A stretch of DNA of 64,000 nt, taken from positions 64,001 through 128,000 of the IMG/VR virus record IMGVR_UViG_3300008952_002488. One strand, 5' to 3'. Made by a program: the position numbers and the translations under genes. Source of the stretch: a virus. The notes under the pieces are model-generated. The model searched no databases. It had not been told where the DNA came from and saw nothing but the letters and a program-made list of their open reading frames with translations. Shown in pieces: positions 1 to 9,982 of this stretch (position 1 is the first letter of the stretch; each line of letters opens with the position of its first letter).

Positions 1-2
1 CA

Positions 3-218
3 TCCACCCCAGAGGGCGTGGCGTCCTATGTCCCCTTCAAGGGTAGTGTGCGTGATATCCTCCGAGACCTAGAAGGAGGGATTAAGTCTGGACTTTCTTA
101 TACCGGCGCTCGGGACTTGACAGAACTGCGCCACAAGGTAGAATGGGCTCGCCAAACTTCTGCGGGAACCCAAGAGAGTGGAACTCATATTTTTACACAG
201 AATGGAACAAGAAAATAA
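3..218 (+). CDS. IMP dehydrogenase / GMP reductase, C-terminal fragment (5' end outside window)
   Basis: PEGxASYVPFKGSV..L..L.GGIKSGLSYTGARDL.EL is the conserved C-terminus of the IMPDH/GMPR family. Confidence 0.85.
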   Translation, partial: STPEGVASYVPFKGSVRDILRDLEGGIKSGLSYTGARDLTELRHKVEWARQTSAGTQESGTHIFTQNGTRK

Positions 219-541
219 TGTTTTATAGAAAATCACCAAAAGAACAACAAGAAGATATTGACCGTCAACCAACGGATTTTGAGGTTCAGTATAGCGAGAG
301 CCCAACCTGCTTTGAGGTCCACGAAAAGTGGAAACTTCCATGCGATCAAACTGAGTGTCGCAACTTTATGAATTTCGAAGAAGATCTCAACTGCGCCGTG
401 GTTTGTGCCCGCAAGAATGAAAACGGACTAAGTTTGCGAGAAGTTGCGGAGCGGATGGGGGTCAGCTTCCCAAGAATCAGCCAGATTGAACACGCTGCGT
501 TTAAGAAATTAAAAGCTGCTGGGGTTTTTGAAGAAGAATAG
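218..541 (+). CDS. Stand-alone sigma70 region-4-like HTH protein with Cys-rich N-terminus
   Basis: LSLREVAERMGVSFPRISQIEHAAFKKLK matches sigma region 4.2; ATG overlaps upstream TAA (TAATG); several Cys upstream. Confidence 0.75.
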   Translation: MFYRKSPKEQQEDIDRQPTDFEVQYSESPTCFEVHEKWKLPCDQTECRNFMNFEEDLNCAVVCARKNENGLSLREVAERMGVSFPRISQIEHAAFKKLKAAGVFEEE

Positions 542-561
542 GGTTTTTTCTATATTATCAA

Positions 562-570
562 ACTATTTAT
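562..570 (+). promoter_or_regulatory. Candidate late promoter ACTATTTAT
   Basis: ACTAnTTA box recurring in intergenic gaps before structural-type genes. Confidence 0.55.
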
Positions 571-618
571 TTTTGATTGCGCTCATTGCGTGAATCTATA
601 AAAGGAGAAAACATCACA

Positions 619-1152
619 ATGTCGAAGAAAAAGGCACTCATTAAAGAAACAGTAGTTCGTCGCTGGGGTAAGCTTGCTAACATCCATCCCTTGACTGAAA
701 CTTTCCTTGAGGATACAGACCTGTATGAACAAGAAGAGGAAGGGGAGGAACTCGACGCTGAGGAAGCTGGTGCGGAAGACATGGAAGTACCCGTTGAAGA
801 ACCCGGCGCTGAAGAAATGGACGCAGCGGCTCCGGCAGGAGAAGAGGAAGCTGTTGAGCGCATCGTCACTGCCGTTGTAGATGCCATCGCCGACGAAACA
901 GGTGTTGACATTGAAGTCGAAGGTGAGGCTGGAGAAGCCGAAGGCGAAATGGAAATGGAAATGGGCGAAGAGCCACCTGAAGCGGTCGCTCTCGAAGAGC
1001 CTGCTGCCGAAGAGGAAGAGCCCGCTCCCGCTGGACGTGATATGGCTTACAACCGCAAGGATGAAGAACTCAACATCGATATGATTGACGATGAGGACCT
1101 TACCGAAGCAGTTCTCAAGCGAGTGGTTGAACGACTCCTTCGCCGCAAGTAA
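619..1152 (+). CDS. Highly acidic putative prohead scaffolding/internal head protein
   Basis: SD AAGGAG before ATG619; very Glu-rich; N-term LIKETVVRRWGKLANIHPLTE and C-term helix LTEAVLKRVVERLL. Confidence 0.55.
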   Translation: MSKKKALIKETVVRRWGKLANIHPLTETFLEDTDLYEQEEEGEELDAEEAGAEDMEVPVEEPGAEEMDAAAPAGEEEAVERIVTAVVDAIADETGVDIEVEGEAGEAEGEMEMEMGEEPPEAVALEEPAAEEEEPAPAGRDMAYNRKDEELNIDMIDDEDLTEAVLKRVVERLLRRK

Positions 1153-1168
1153 TCCTTCGGGAGAAAAC

Positions 1169-2113
1169 ATGAACCGTTTTCAAGCAAACGACCTCCGTAA
1201 TTTGATTACCGAGGTCGTTTCTGCTTATCAGGCAGAAAAAAGAAATAAATGGCTACTGGAAAGCCCCGAAGTAATTGAGGAAGGGGTCTTTGATCCCGGC
1301 ATCCTCAAAGCAATCTTCACGGCTGGCGGACCAGGCAGCGGAAAATCTTTTGTAGCAGACATGCTAATGGGAGCCCGATCTCTTGAGCCGCCTCACGCAA
1401 GATACTTTGAGGAAAACACTTCGTATCTTCCTAGCGGCATCAAGTATGTCAACTCTGACACGCTCTTCGAGAGAGGACTCATGAAGATGGGCATCAGCCC
1501 GAAAGACCTTGCGGATATCGAGGGACTGCCCAGCGACGAGTTGTGGGATATCATTCAGGGCGGCGACCCAGAATCTGTTCGCAATGTAGCCAAAGGACAG
1601 CTTAATGCCAAGCGTGCTTTTTTTGAGAGCGGACGCCTGGGTGTGCTGGTTGACGGAACCGGCCGCCAATACGACAAAATCCTGGGACAAAAAGAAAAAA
1701 TGGAGAAGCTAGGATACGACACCGCAATGGTGTTTGTGAACACTTCTCTTGATGTTGCCCAACAACGCAATGCAAACAGGTCACGCCAACTTCCCGAGGA
1801 AACAGTAGAAGACCTGTGGACTCAGGTACAGGAAAACCTGAAAGCCTACGCTCAACTTTTTGGAAACGACTTTACAATTATTATGAACGATGCCCCAGGG
1901 CCACCACCTGACTCAGCGGTCAAAGGACTGGACGACTTTGTGGATGCCCCGGTCAAAAACCCAGTCGGACAAGCGTGGATTGAGGGCGAACTTGAACGCC
2001 GTGGCGTCCAAACTCTTGAGCCCGGCGGAGCAGGCGGTTTCCGTGGAGACCGAGAATCTGCCGAGCGGATTGCTCGTATGAGACAAACAAGAGACGAACA
2101 GGGGGCAGAGTGA
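1169..2113 (+). CDS. P-loop kinase (zeta toxin/AAA_33-like) with leader peptide
   Basis: KAIFTAGGPGSGKS Walker A, NSD, LVDGTG, MVFVNTSLDVAQQRN..R.R lid; N-term DLRNLITEVV leader. Confidence 0.8.
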   Translation: MNRFQANDLRNLITEVVSAYQAEKRNKWLLESPEVIEEGVFDPGILKAIFTAGGPGSGKSFVADMLMGARSLEPPHARYFEENTSYLPSGIKYVNSDTLFERGLMKMGISPKDLADIEGLPSDELWDIIQGGDPESVRNVAKGQLNAKRAFFESGRLGVLVDGTGRQYDKILGQKEKMEKLGYDTAMVFVNTSLDVAQQRNANRSRQLPEETVEDLWTQVQENLKAYAQLFGNDFTIIMNDAPGPPPDSAVKGLDDFVDAPVKNPVGQAWIEGELERRGVQTLEPGGAGGFRGDRESAERIARMRQTRDEQGAE

Positions 2114-2487
2114 CCTTTGACGTCCTCAAGCTGCTAGAAGAAGAAGGCTACATCAAAGACGGTGAAGACAATTTAGTTCACGCCGAAAAAGCTTTCTTTG
2201 CAGCCCGAGTCATGAAATGGATTAGAAACAAGGTTCAGACTGAGCCTGATTTTGATCTACCTGCCTACTTAACCATGTTGATGTATTATAAAACAGATAT
2301 GGCAGACTTAAAGTTTTCGGAAGATGAAGATAAACTACTATACAAGATGAAGAATCCAGACAGGGAGGTGCAGGAAATTGTGGACTCACTTATTAAAAAT
2401 CTTAACAAGCCTATTTCAGAACCTTCCAAAAAAGAAGGAGCAACCACCAGTGCATCCGAAGATGCTGATGGAACTCCTGACCCCTAA
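2110..2487 (+). CDS. Hypothetical protein
   Basis: GTGA overlap with upstream stop; fills gap in operon. Confidence 0.6.
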   Translation: MTFDVLKLLEEEGYIKDGEDNLVHAEKAFFAARVMKWIRNKVQTEPDFDLPAYLTMLMYYKTDMADLKFSEDEDKLLYKMKNPDREVQEIVDSLIKNLNKPISEPSKKEGATTSASEDADGTPDP

Positions 2488-3088
2488 AGACATAAAGTCA
2501 TACTTTGCTGCCAAAGGATACAAGTTTTTTGACACTCCCGACAGGAAACTAAACCTTAACATAATTGGCGTGCGCCGTGACAACCAGGGAACCAACACCT
2601 TTGATGATTTTCTGCTTGTAATGTATCGGGAAGAAGAACTGATGATCAGTCATCGCTGGCAAGCCACAACTGACCCAGGGAAGTACTGGCTAGAAAACCC
2701 AATGAACCCGAAAGGCACAGCCGTCCTTTCGCCAGGTCAGTACCGAGGCACTTGGCAGCTTGGTAAACACCAAGGAAAATACGAGGCACTTGTTCAGAGA
2801 AGACCAGTAAAAGTTTGGCGGGACAATAACAAAGATGAGGTTATAGATTATAATAATATAACACTTCTATCTGAGGAGGGTTATTTCGGAATAAACATTC
2901 ACCGCAGTAATCCGTATGACCAGTCGTACCTTGTCAACAAATGGAGTGCCGGCTGCCAAGTTTTTAAAAAAGCGGAAGATTATAATAAGTTTATAGAACT
3001 TTGCAGAGAGTCAGCGAAGATCTACGGCAACAGCTTTACTTACACCTTGGTTGACGAAAAAGATTTGAGGAAACACCTAAATAGTTGA
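2462..3088 (+). CDS. L,D-transpeptidase (YkuD)-like peptidoglycan-acting cysteine enzyme
   Basis: GINIH-x14-SAGCQV motif (H...SxGC), TTDPG and PGQY motifs; start at 2462 or 2468. Confidence 0.6.
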   Translation: MLMELLTPKDIKSYFAAKGYKFFDTPDRKLNLNIIGVRRDNQGTNTFDDFLLVMYREEELMISHRWQATTDPGKYWLENPMNPKGTAVLSPGQYRGTWQLGKHQGKYEALVQRRPVKVWRDNNKDEVIDYNNITLLSEEGYFGINIHRSNPYDQSYLVNKWSAGCQVFKKAEDYNKFIELCRESAKIYGNSFTYTLVDEKDLRKHLNS

Positions 3089-3096
3089 CTATTTAT
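3078..3096 (+). promoter_or_regulatory. Candidate late promoter ACTATTTAT (3088-3096) inside palindrome TAAATAGT-TG-ACTATTTA
   Basis: Perfect 8-bp inverted repeat; motif shared with other late-type gene starts. Confidence 0.55.
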
Positions 3097-3124
3097 ATGT
3101 AGCACTTTTGGGAGAGCTTTATTT

Positions 3125-3952
3125 ATGCAACATAGATTAATCATGGAGAATTGGCGCAATTTTCTGGAACAGCCGGGGGATCCATTCCTTATTTACGAAA
3201 GAAAAGGTAAAATAGAGCAGGTAAATTTTCAGCACCTGCTAAAGGAAGTTGACCGAGGTAAAGTATCACACAAGCAAGCGTACCTAATTTTTGAAAGAGC
3301 GTTTGATTATGGGGAAAGACAGCTTCTAGAAGAAGGACTTTGGGATCTTATTGTTCAAGGATACGACAAAGCCGGTGAAATTGTTAGCAATGTCGCCGCC
3401 GACGTCAAGGCAGCGTGGGAAAAAGTAAGCGATTTTTATTTGAATATGATGATCAAGGCGATGGGACTGGCCAGCCGTGGCATTCAGTTCTTTTCCAAGT
3501 ATGCCAGAAAAGTGTTAGATGCGATTGATAAGTTTCAGGAGAAGCATCCTATACTTTATAAAATTATTGTTGCTGTTATAATCATTCTGATTATTTACGC
3601 TTTGTTTGGGTCGTCTAACGCTCAAGCAGCAGTTCGGGTTGGCGACAAAACTATGACCGACACAGAGTACAAGGCTGTCCAAGGGGTGCTAGAGACGGCA
3701 TCAAGAGATGCTTCAATTGCCGACGTAGGATTCAGAACCGCTGTTGGCGAGGCGCAAGTAGCCCTCCAGCAAGCCCACCAAACCGGCGAATCAATTAATA
3801 TAAATGATCTAGCGCCTACTGTGCAGGAGGCTTGGAGTATCGTGGACACCACTTTAAACACAGCAGCCCAAGGCGATAAGGCCGCTGGTCAGGTGTTTAA
3901 TCTATGGTACAAGCTTGGCGACGCTCTTAGAATCACAAGCATAGGAATGTAA
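3125..3952 (+). CDS. Leader-bearing putative virion/ejection protein with one TM helix
   Basis: MQHRLIMENWRNFLE leader; LLEEGLWD; hydrophobic IIVAVIIILIIYALFG. Confidence 0.6.
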   Translation: MQHRLIMENWRNFLEQPGDPFLIYERKGKIEQVNFQHLLKEVDRGKVSHKQAYLIFERAFDYGERQLLEEGLWDLIVQGYDKAGEIVSNVAADVKAAWEKVSDFYLNMMIKAMGLASRGIQFFSKYARKVLDAIDKFQEKHPILYKIIVAVIIILIIYALFGSSNAQAAVRVGDKTMTDTEYKAVQGVLETASRDASIADVGFRTAVGEAQVALQQAHQTGESININDLAPTVQEAWSIVDTTLNTAAQGDKAAGQVFNLWYKLGDALRITSIGM

Positions 3953-3962
3953 GGAGAAAATA

Positions 3963-4418
3963 ATGTCCCAATATAAAATCACTAAAAAACGGTTAGCGCA
4001 AATCATAAAAGAAGAATACCAAAACCTTCAAGAACTTGAGGACCCTCGCAGCCCAAGCCCAATGTCGTGGGAACACGAGGGTGCGGCTGACGACTTCAGA
4101 AATCAGATTATGAATTTGGTCTTCAAATTAGCGCCCCTCACTCTTGATCCCAAGACTGCCAACGCCGTCGAAATTGAAATTCGAGATGTACTTAACACTC
4201 TCAACATTGGCACAAACCCAAGAGACCAGTACCGCCAAGAAGAATCCAAGAAAGCCAAGAAAGATTTTGATGGTGATGGTGAGGTAGAGTCCGCAGAAGC
4301 GGAGTGGAAGGGTTCTCGGGACAAAGCAATTGATAAAGAAAAGGAAGACGAGAAAGTTAGCAAGGAATCGCTGGACTCTATTCGTGACCTGATCATGCAA
4401 GAACTAAAGAACCTCTAA
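3963..4418 (+). CDS. Leader-bearing putative internal head protein with DxDGDG motif
   Basis: YKITKKRLAQIIKEEY leader; KKDFDGDGEVES..EW.GSRDKAI EF-hand-like loop; SD AAGGAG. Confidence 0.6.
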   Translation: MSQYKITKKRLAQIIKEEYQNLQELEDPRSPSPMSWEHEGAADDFRNQIMNLVFKLAPLTLDPKTANAVEIEIRDVLNTLNIGTNPRDQYRQEESKKAKKDFDGDGEVESAEAEWKGSRDKAIDKEKEDEKVSKESLDSIRDLIMQELKNL

Positions 4419-6496
4419 TGTATGCGCCGTTTAAGCAACATCATCTTGACTACGTTGCCAGCGTTCCCGCCGTTAACAATGAGTTTGCAGACAAAGTAAA
4501 AGAATTAGACCACAGGCTTCAGAAAAACGGCTTGGCTTATAAAAATTGGGATACAATGACAGATCACCAGCAGGAGATCTTTTCTCAAAGCCTGTTCCTT
4601 GATGGTCAGTGTGCAAACAGTGTACAGGATTATGTTAGAGGTGCTGCCCATAGCTGTGAGCCCTGTGCGGTCGAGGAACTTCACCACCACTCCCCAGCTT
4701 TAATGCGAGCGATTGACGAAGAGAAAGAAAAACTTCCTGACATGAAGGTAAAGATTGGGGAAAGTTTAAATATTTTTAATGGACTCATCGACGTAGTGTT
4801 GGAGCAAATATTGTTCGAAGAAGAATCGGAAGATCAACGATATGCATCAGTTAATGAAGCGGTACAAGAGATCCTGGCAGCGGCTAACTCCGAAGTAACA
4901 ACTAACGGTGCAGATGGAGCAGGTGCCCCTCCGCAAAAAAAAAGAGATGGCACATACGGAAACGCCAAGATGTGGCAATACACTAACACACTAGGTCCCC
5001 AGTCTTCCCGCCTAGAATTGCTTAATACGGTAAAAGCTAAACTCACTGAACTGGGGGCTACGGATTTTATAGACTACAAAGAAGCCTTTCGGGGATTTCG
5101 TGCCATTTGGCCCGATGGCTTCAATTACGGACTAAAGATATTTAAAGGTGGAGCGAAGGGCATCGGAAACAAGGGAGATATTCTAGAAGGGTTGTTGGCG
5201 TCTGCCTTTTATTTGCGCTTTCTAGATCCAGATGGGGAACTTGACGCTAATGATATTTTTAAGACGGCTCGCTCGTTAGGTAAAAATGCGACGTCCAATA
5301 GGAGCGGAAAGGGTAAAAATGGATCGGTAGGACCAACACCATCAGGAAAAGACGGAGAAGACAAAGTAACTCTCAGAGTGGGGTTAGCCAACGGAGTGTT
5401 CAGTGACTTGACGGCGGTAAAAGAAGATGCCGACGATACCGAAGAGGAGGTGGGCGTTTGGGACGACGACCTTCGCCCCTTGGCGGTGGGAGCCGCCAGG
5501 GCAGCAAGTACCCGAGGCGCTAAAGAACTAGCCAAAACACTATGGGAAAGCCAGGTGGATAATATCGTGGTTAGCGCCATGGGTTTGGAGGGACAGACTG
5601 TAACTAAGGCAGACTTGCAGGTCACTATTGATGGAAGGCCCGACCTAGACTTTCCCGACGCCGCTGGCGCAACTCTTAAAACAATCGGAAACTTGTCGCT
5701 GAAATATAATTCTACCCTCTTGGGACAAACGGGCAAAAGCTGGACAGGACCCAAGGGAATCCAACAAATGATAAAAGACATGTTTATGGTGGATGTGGGA
5801 GATCAGTCAGATGCCTGGCAAAAGGTGTTGGATACTTATGCAGGTACTGAGCAAGGGAATGACAAACTCAAGGAAGCTTTGTCTGATATGGTGATGGCGA
5901 AAGTAGAAGCTCAACTTGCGCCCATTTTCAACCCGCCTGGCAAAGACGAAGAGGCGGAAGCACAGGCTAAAAAAGCTCTACTCACAGCTATCGAGGGCGG
6001 CGTTCGCAAAGCCGGCACAGGATATACAGCCGAACAGATTGCTGATGCGGGACAGGATACACCTCCGATGGGATTCTTGTCTATTGGCAACGAGACTGCC
6101 TATTATTTAGATTTTTACGAGTCTTTGACGAAGGCGATGCAGGATACAGCCGACTTGGCTGTGGTTCACAAAAAAGATGAGGGCGAGAATCCTATGTTGC
6201 TGTTTTATGATAGAAGTAAACTTACCAATGATGATGACCCAAGCTCCGCCCCCTATCCTGAACCTAGAACAAAATCCAGTCCTAATGTATTATTCTCTTA
6301 TCGGGGGAAGCCCGAAAACAAAGGCAAAACATTTAGGACCTACATTGAGTACGGACCCCGGTTGAAAGAGTTGACGGAGATATTTGATGACGATGCCCAG
6401 GCACAAATCCAGCAAGCGGCCGCTGAAGCTGTTGAGCCCGCAGGTGCTGACGATGCTCCTGATATCACTTCTCCCGACGTAAGTCCAGCACAATAG
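4418..6496 (+). CDS. Large protein, possible PD-(D/E)xK restriction-endonuclease-fold nuclease
   Basis: 692 aa; GNKGDILEG helix, KADL and LSLK motifs in PD-(D/E)xK order; adjacent to methylase. Confidence 0.4.
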   Translation: MYAPFKQHHLDYVASVPAVNNEFADKVKELDHRLQKNGLAYKNWDTMTDHQQEIFSQSLFLDGQCANSVQDYVRGAAHSCEPCAVEELHHHSPALMRAIDEEKEKLPDMKVKIGESLNIFNGLIDVVLEQILFEEESEDQRYASVNEAVQEILAAANSEVTTNGADGAGAPPQKKRDGTYGNAKMWQYTNTLGPQSSRLELLNTVKAKLTELGATDFIDYKEAFRGFRAIWPDGFNYGLKIFKGGAKGIGNKGDILEGLLASAFYLRFLDPDGELDANDIFKTARSLGKNATSNRSGKGKNGSVGPTPSGKDGEDKVTLRVGLANGVFSDLTAVKEDADDTEEEVGVWDDDLRPLAVGAARAASTRGAKELAKTLWESQVDNIVVSAMGLEGQTVTKADLQVTIDGRPDLDFPDAAGATLKTIGNLSLKYNSTLLGQTGKSWTGPKGIQQMIKDMFMVDVGDQSDAWQKVLDTYAGTEQGNDKLKEALSDMVMAKVEAQLAPIFNPPGKDEEAEAQAKKALLTAIEGGVRKAGTGYTAEQIADAGQDTPPMGFLSIGNETAYYLDFYESLTKAMQDTADLAVVHKKDEGENPMLLFYDRSKLTNDDDPSSAPYPEPRTKSSPNVLFSYRGKPENKGKTFRTYIEYGPRLKELTEIFDDDAQAQIQQAAAEAVEPAGADDAPDITSPDVSPAQ

Positions 6497-6513
6497 AAAG
6501 AAAGCGAGGATAA

Positions 6514-7326
6514 TTGAAATCTCTTTTAAGATACCCAGGTGGTAAAACAAGAGCCCTCAAACACATTACACCTTATTTCCCAAAAAACCTGACAGAAATT
6601 GTCAGTCCCTTTTTTGGTGGCGGGTCTATTGAGATTCACTACGCCTCGCAAGGTGTGCGAGTTCATGGCTATGACATCTTTGAGCCGCTCGTAAACTTCT
6701 GGCAACATGTCCTAGAAGACCCCAAGGGAATGTCCCGCCTTCTTGAGGAAATGTTTCATCCGTGTACAAAAGATATGTTTCTTCAGTATCAGAAGAAGCA
6801 GGGCTGGGACCACATGGATAACACTCACATGCTTTGGCGAGAGATGCGAGCCTGTATGTATTACGCTTTAAACCGCTCGTCATTTAGCGGGGCAACTATG
6901 AGCGGCGGATACTCACAACAAGCAGCAGACAAGCGGTTCACCCAAAGCAGCATTGACCGCCTTAGAAACTTCTCATGTCCCTTTCTAACTGTAAAGCAAG
7001 CGGACTTCACCGACAGCCTACGGAGACACGACGATGAAACTTTTATCTACGCTGACCCACCATATCTTTTGGAAAAGTCTACTCTATACGGTGAAAGGGG
7101 TTCGGCACATAAGGACTTCGACCACCAAAGTTTTGCGGAAGAAATCAAAAAGAAAAACAACTGGGTGATATCTTACAACCCTCACCCTGAAATTCTGGAA
7201 CTATACAAAGATTATAAAATAGTATACCCTGAATGGGCATATGGTATGTCCAAAGACAAGAAGTCCAAGGAGATACTGATACTTAACGTTAAGGAGAATG
7301 AAGATGCGTTATTTACTGATGATTAG
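6514..7326 (+). CDS. dam: Dam-like N6-adenine DNA methyltransferase (D12 class)
   Basis: LRYPGGK, SPFFGGGS, LNRSSFSG, YADPPY motifs; TTG start with GAGGA SD. Confidence 0.9.
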   Translation: MKSLLRYPGGKTRALKHITPYFPKNLTEIVSPFFGGGSIEIHYASQGVRVHGYDIFEPLVNFWQHVLEDPKGMSRLLEEMFHPCTKDMFLQYQKKQGWDHMDNTHMLWREMRACMYYALNRSSFSGATMSGGYSQQAADKRFTQSSIDRLRNFSCPFLTVKQADFTDSLRRHDDETFIYADPPYLLEKSTLYGERGSAHKDFDHQSFAEEIKKKNNWVISYNPHPEILELYKDYKIVYPEWAYGMSKDKKSKEILILNVKENEDALFTDD

Positions 7327-7831
7327 TTTATTGTTGCCTGCGATGGCAACAGCAGAGGAGCAGCGAATTGGTTTTGTTGCTGGCTCGACCCACGGTGTGG
7401 GGCTTGGTTATAGCAGGCAGTTTGACGATGGTCGAGGCTGGCAAGTCTCACTCCTGCCGATTGTGGATGAAGACTTCGATTCGACTGTTTTTGTCGGCGG
7501 AACACTTTTTCACACACTTAACTCTACCAGTTGGGGGCGTGCCTATTGGTCGCTAGGTCTCGCTGCTTTTTACCACCGAGACAGCGGCGACCACTGGGAG
7601 TATGTATGCGATGACAACGGTGACAACTGTAGGGACATAGAGATCACAGGGCAACTTGACGAGGGTGTTATGTTCTCGTTTGGTCCGGGTGTTGGGCTTG
7701 AGCGCCGATGGAAGCAGTTTGCCGTAGCTTTGGAGTTGCCGTTGGCAATTCAGGTTGGGTATGCAAATCATCAGTTTGGATTCTTGGGGATGCACCCTAT
7801 TCCTAACTTCTCGTTGATGTATTTTTGGTAG
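7298..7831 (+). CDS. Small outer-membrane beta-barrel protein
   Basis: Signal peptide ending ATA; alternating G/hydrophobic strands; C-terminal aromatic beta-signal FSLMYFW; Cys pair in a loop. Confidence 0.65.
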   Translation: MKMRYLLMISLLLPAMATAEEQRIGFVAGSTHGVGLGYSRQFDDGRGWQVSLLPIVDEDFDSTVFVGGTLFHTLNSTSWGRAYWSLGLAAFYHRDSGDHWEYVCDDNGDNCRDIEITGQLDEGVMFSFGPGVGLERRWKQFAVALELPLAIQVGYANHQFGFLGMHPIPNFSLMYFW

Positions 7832-7843
7832 GAGAAAAACAAT

Positions 7844-9430
7844 ATGAATGATGACCACATCTTGTTTGGTGATGAAATTAGACAGAAGCTTCTTTCTGGT
7901 GCTAATAAATTGACTGATGCGGTGGCTTCGACTCTTGGACCTCGTGGGCAAAATGTAATTCTCTATAGACGTGGTGCTGACCCTGTTATCACAAAGGATG
8001 GCGTAAGCGTTGCCCGTGTTGTAGAACTTGACGACGATTACGAGCAAGCAGCAGTGGAGGTGCTTCGCCAAGCAGCCCTCCAAACAGAAAAGACGAGTGG
8101 CGATGGCACAACGACCAGTACTGTTTTGGCTCGTGCCATACTGCTAGCAGCCAACAAGCACATTGCTGCCGGTGCCTCATCTACTGATATCAAGAGAGGG
8201 ATTGATGCAGCAGTTGAGGCAATATGTGACAGGATTACAGAACTCGCACAGCCAGTTTCCAGCGAGGAAGAGATCCGACATGTTGCAACAGTTTCTGCCA
8301 ACGGCGATGAGGCTATAGGGGCATTGATTGCCGAGGCAGTGGCTGCCGCAGGAAAAGACGGGTCTATCACCATTGAGGAAAGCCGTTCCCTGAAAACTAT
8401 TCTGGATGTTGTTGAGGGCTTCCGCTTCGATGGCGGCTTTGTCTCTCCACAGTTTGTAACAGACCAGAGGCGTGCAGTTATAGAATATAGAGATGCCCTC
8501 GTGTTTGTGACCGACGAGACTTTAGACAATGTTGAGGAGATGCTGTCAATTTTAGAGGTGGTGGCTCGTGATGGTCGCCCCTTTGTTATTGTGGCGGAAG
8601 AGATTGAGGGTCAACTTCTTGCGGCATTGATTATGAATCGTATGCGAAATGACATGAAGATTGCCGCAGTCAAGGCACCCAAGTACGGCGAAGAGCGACG
8701 CAGCCTTCTGGAGGATATTGCGCTGGTTACGGGAGCCACCTTCGTCAGCAAAGATAGTGGTATCAGACTCAGGGATGTCAAGCTGGAGCACCTGGGGTCT
8801 GTGAAAAGAATAGAGATCAGCAAGAGACGGACTATCTTATCTGACAGCGACGTTGACTATGGGGAATTAGAAAAAAGAGTAGAGTCCCTCACCGCTCTTA
8901 TGGAAGACACAGAAGACCTCAAGGAAGCCGAAGCAATCCAAGAGAGAATAACAAGACTTCAGTCTGCCGTCGCCGTCGTTCGCATCGGAGGAGCAACAGA
9001 AATCGAAGTCACAGAAAAGAAACACAGAGTTGAGGACGCCTTAGAGGCAGTCAGGTCAGCACAAGAGGAGGGGATTGTTCCTGGCGGCGGCACAGCTTTG
9101 ATAAAAGCTGCTCATGCGGTAAGGGTTGAGCTAGCCAACGAGGACGAACTTCGGGGCGCTCAAGCTCTAGCAGAAGCGTGTACGGCTCCAATGAAACAGA
9201 TACTCAAGAATGCAGACGTGTCCTCGGACCTAGTGATAAATACCCTTCCTCATGATGAAGAGAGTCTTAATGTTGGCTTTAATGCTAGGACTGAAAACTT
9301 TGAAGATTTAATCGAGTCGGGCGTCATCGACCCAGCAAAAACTGTGAAGTGTGCGTTACAAAACGCCGCTAGCGCAGCGGGAACGCTGCTCACAACTAAT
9401 TGTGCTGTTTTAAAGAAAGGTGGTGAATAA
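7844..9430 (+). CDS. groEL: Chaperonin GroEL (phage-type, no GGM tail)
   Basis: TLGPRGQNV, ITKDGVSVA, GDGTTT, AVKAP.YG, GIVPGGG, GVIDPAK. Confidence 0.97.
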   Translation: MNDDHILFGDEIRQKLLSGANKLTDAVASTLGPRGQNVILYRRGADPVITKDGVSVARVVELDDDYEQAAVEVLRQAALQTEKTSGDGTTTSTVLARAILLAANKHIAAGASSTDIKRGIDAAVEAICDRITELAQPVSSEEEIRHVATVSANGDEAIGALIAEAVAAAGKDGSITIEESRSLKTILDVVEGFRFDGGFVSPQFVTDQRRAVIEYRDALVFVTDETLDNVEEMLSILEVVARDGRPFVIVAEEIEGQLLAALIMNRMRNDMKIAAVKAPKYGEERRSLLEDIALVTGATFVSKDSGIRLRDVKLEHLGSVKRIEISKRRTILSDSDVDYGELEKRVESLTALMEDTEDLKEAEAIQERITRLQSAVAVVRIGGATEIEVTEKKHRVEDALEAVRSAQEEGIVPGGGTALIKAAHAVRVELANEDELRGAQALAEACTAPMKQILKNADVSSDLVINTLPHDEESLNVGFNARTENFEDLIESGVIDPAKTVKCALQNAASAAGTLLTTNCAVLKKGGE

Positions 9431-9472
9431 AAACACAAGTCTAACGACTAATTAAAACAGCCGGTTTCATAC

Positions 9473-9507
9473 AAAAGACCAGAGTATTTTATGCCTGGTC
9501 TTTTTTT
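9473..9507 (+). terminator. Intrinsic terminator after groEL
   Basis: AAAAGACCAG...CTGGTCTTTTTTT stem plus T-run. Confidence 0.6.
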
Positions 9508-9523
9508 ATATTGGAGCACTCAA

Positions 9524-9982
9524 ATGAGCGATGATCTTTTAAAACTTGTTTTGCAAAAAGTAGAAAATATGGAGCACAAAATCACTAGTGCTAAGTCGCT
9601 CAACGGTGGGTTTGATAAATTAGCGATAGATGTTGAGCACATCAAAGATTCCCAACGGGAAGTCCTTGACGCCGTGCGAGGCGTAAAGAAAAGCCTTTAC
9701 GAGCCAGACTCAGGGCTTTTTAGCCGAGTTAAAGAGTTGGAACTGGAATCAGCACGACGCCAAGAATATATTAATGAAACTAAACCCATTGTGGCACAAC
9801 ATCAAGAAGTTCTTATGTGGAAGAATCAAGTCCAAAAAGATGTGGACGAGGTAGAGGAGCTTCGTCTTGAGGTATCTAAGCTTCAAGACTGGAAAGCAGG
9901 TATGCAAAAGGTCATCTGGCTCATAGCAACTGCTGCTGGTGGTATGTGGGTTAAGCACTTTATGGATCTCGTGATGAAGTAA
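9524..9982 (+). CDS. Coiled-coil protein with C-terminal TM helix
   Basis: GGAG SD; heptad pattern; C-term VIWLIATAAGGMWV. Confidence 0.6.
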   Translation: MSDDLLKLVLQKVENMEHKITSAKSLNGGFDKLAIDVEHIKDSQREVLDAVRGVKKSLYEPDSGLFSRVKELELESARRQEYINETKPIVAQHQEVLMWKNQVQKDVDEVEELRLEVSKLQDWKAGMQKVIWLIATAAGGMWVKHFMDLVMK

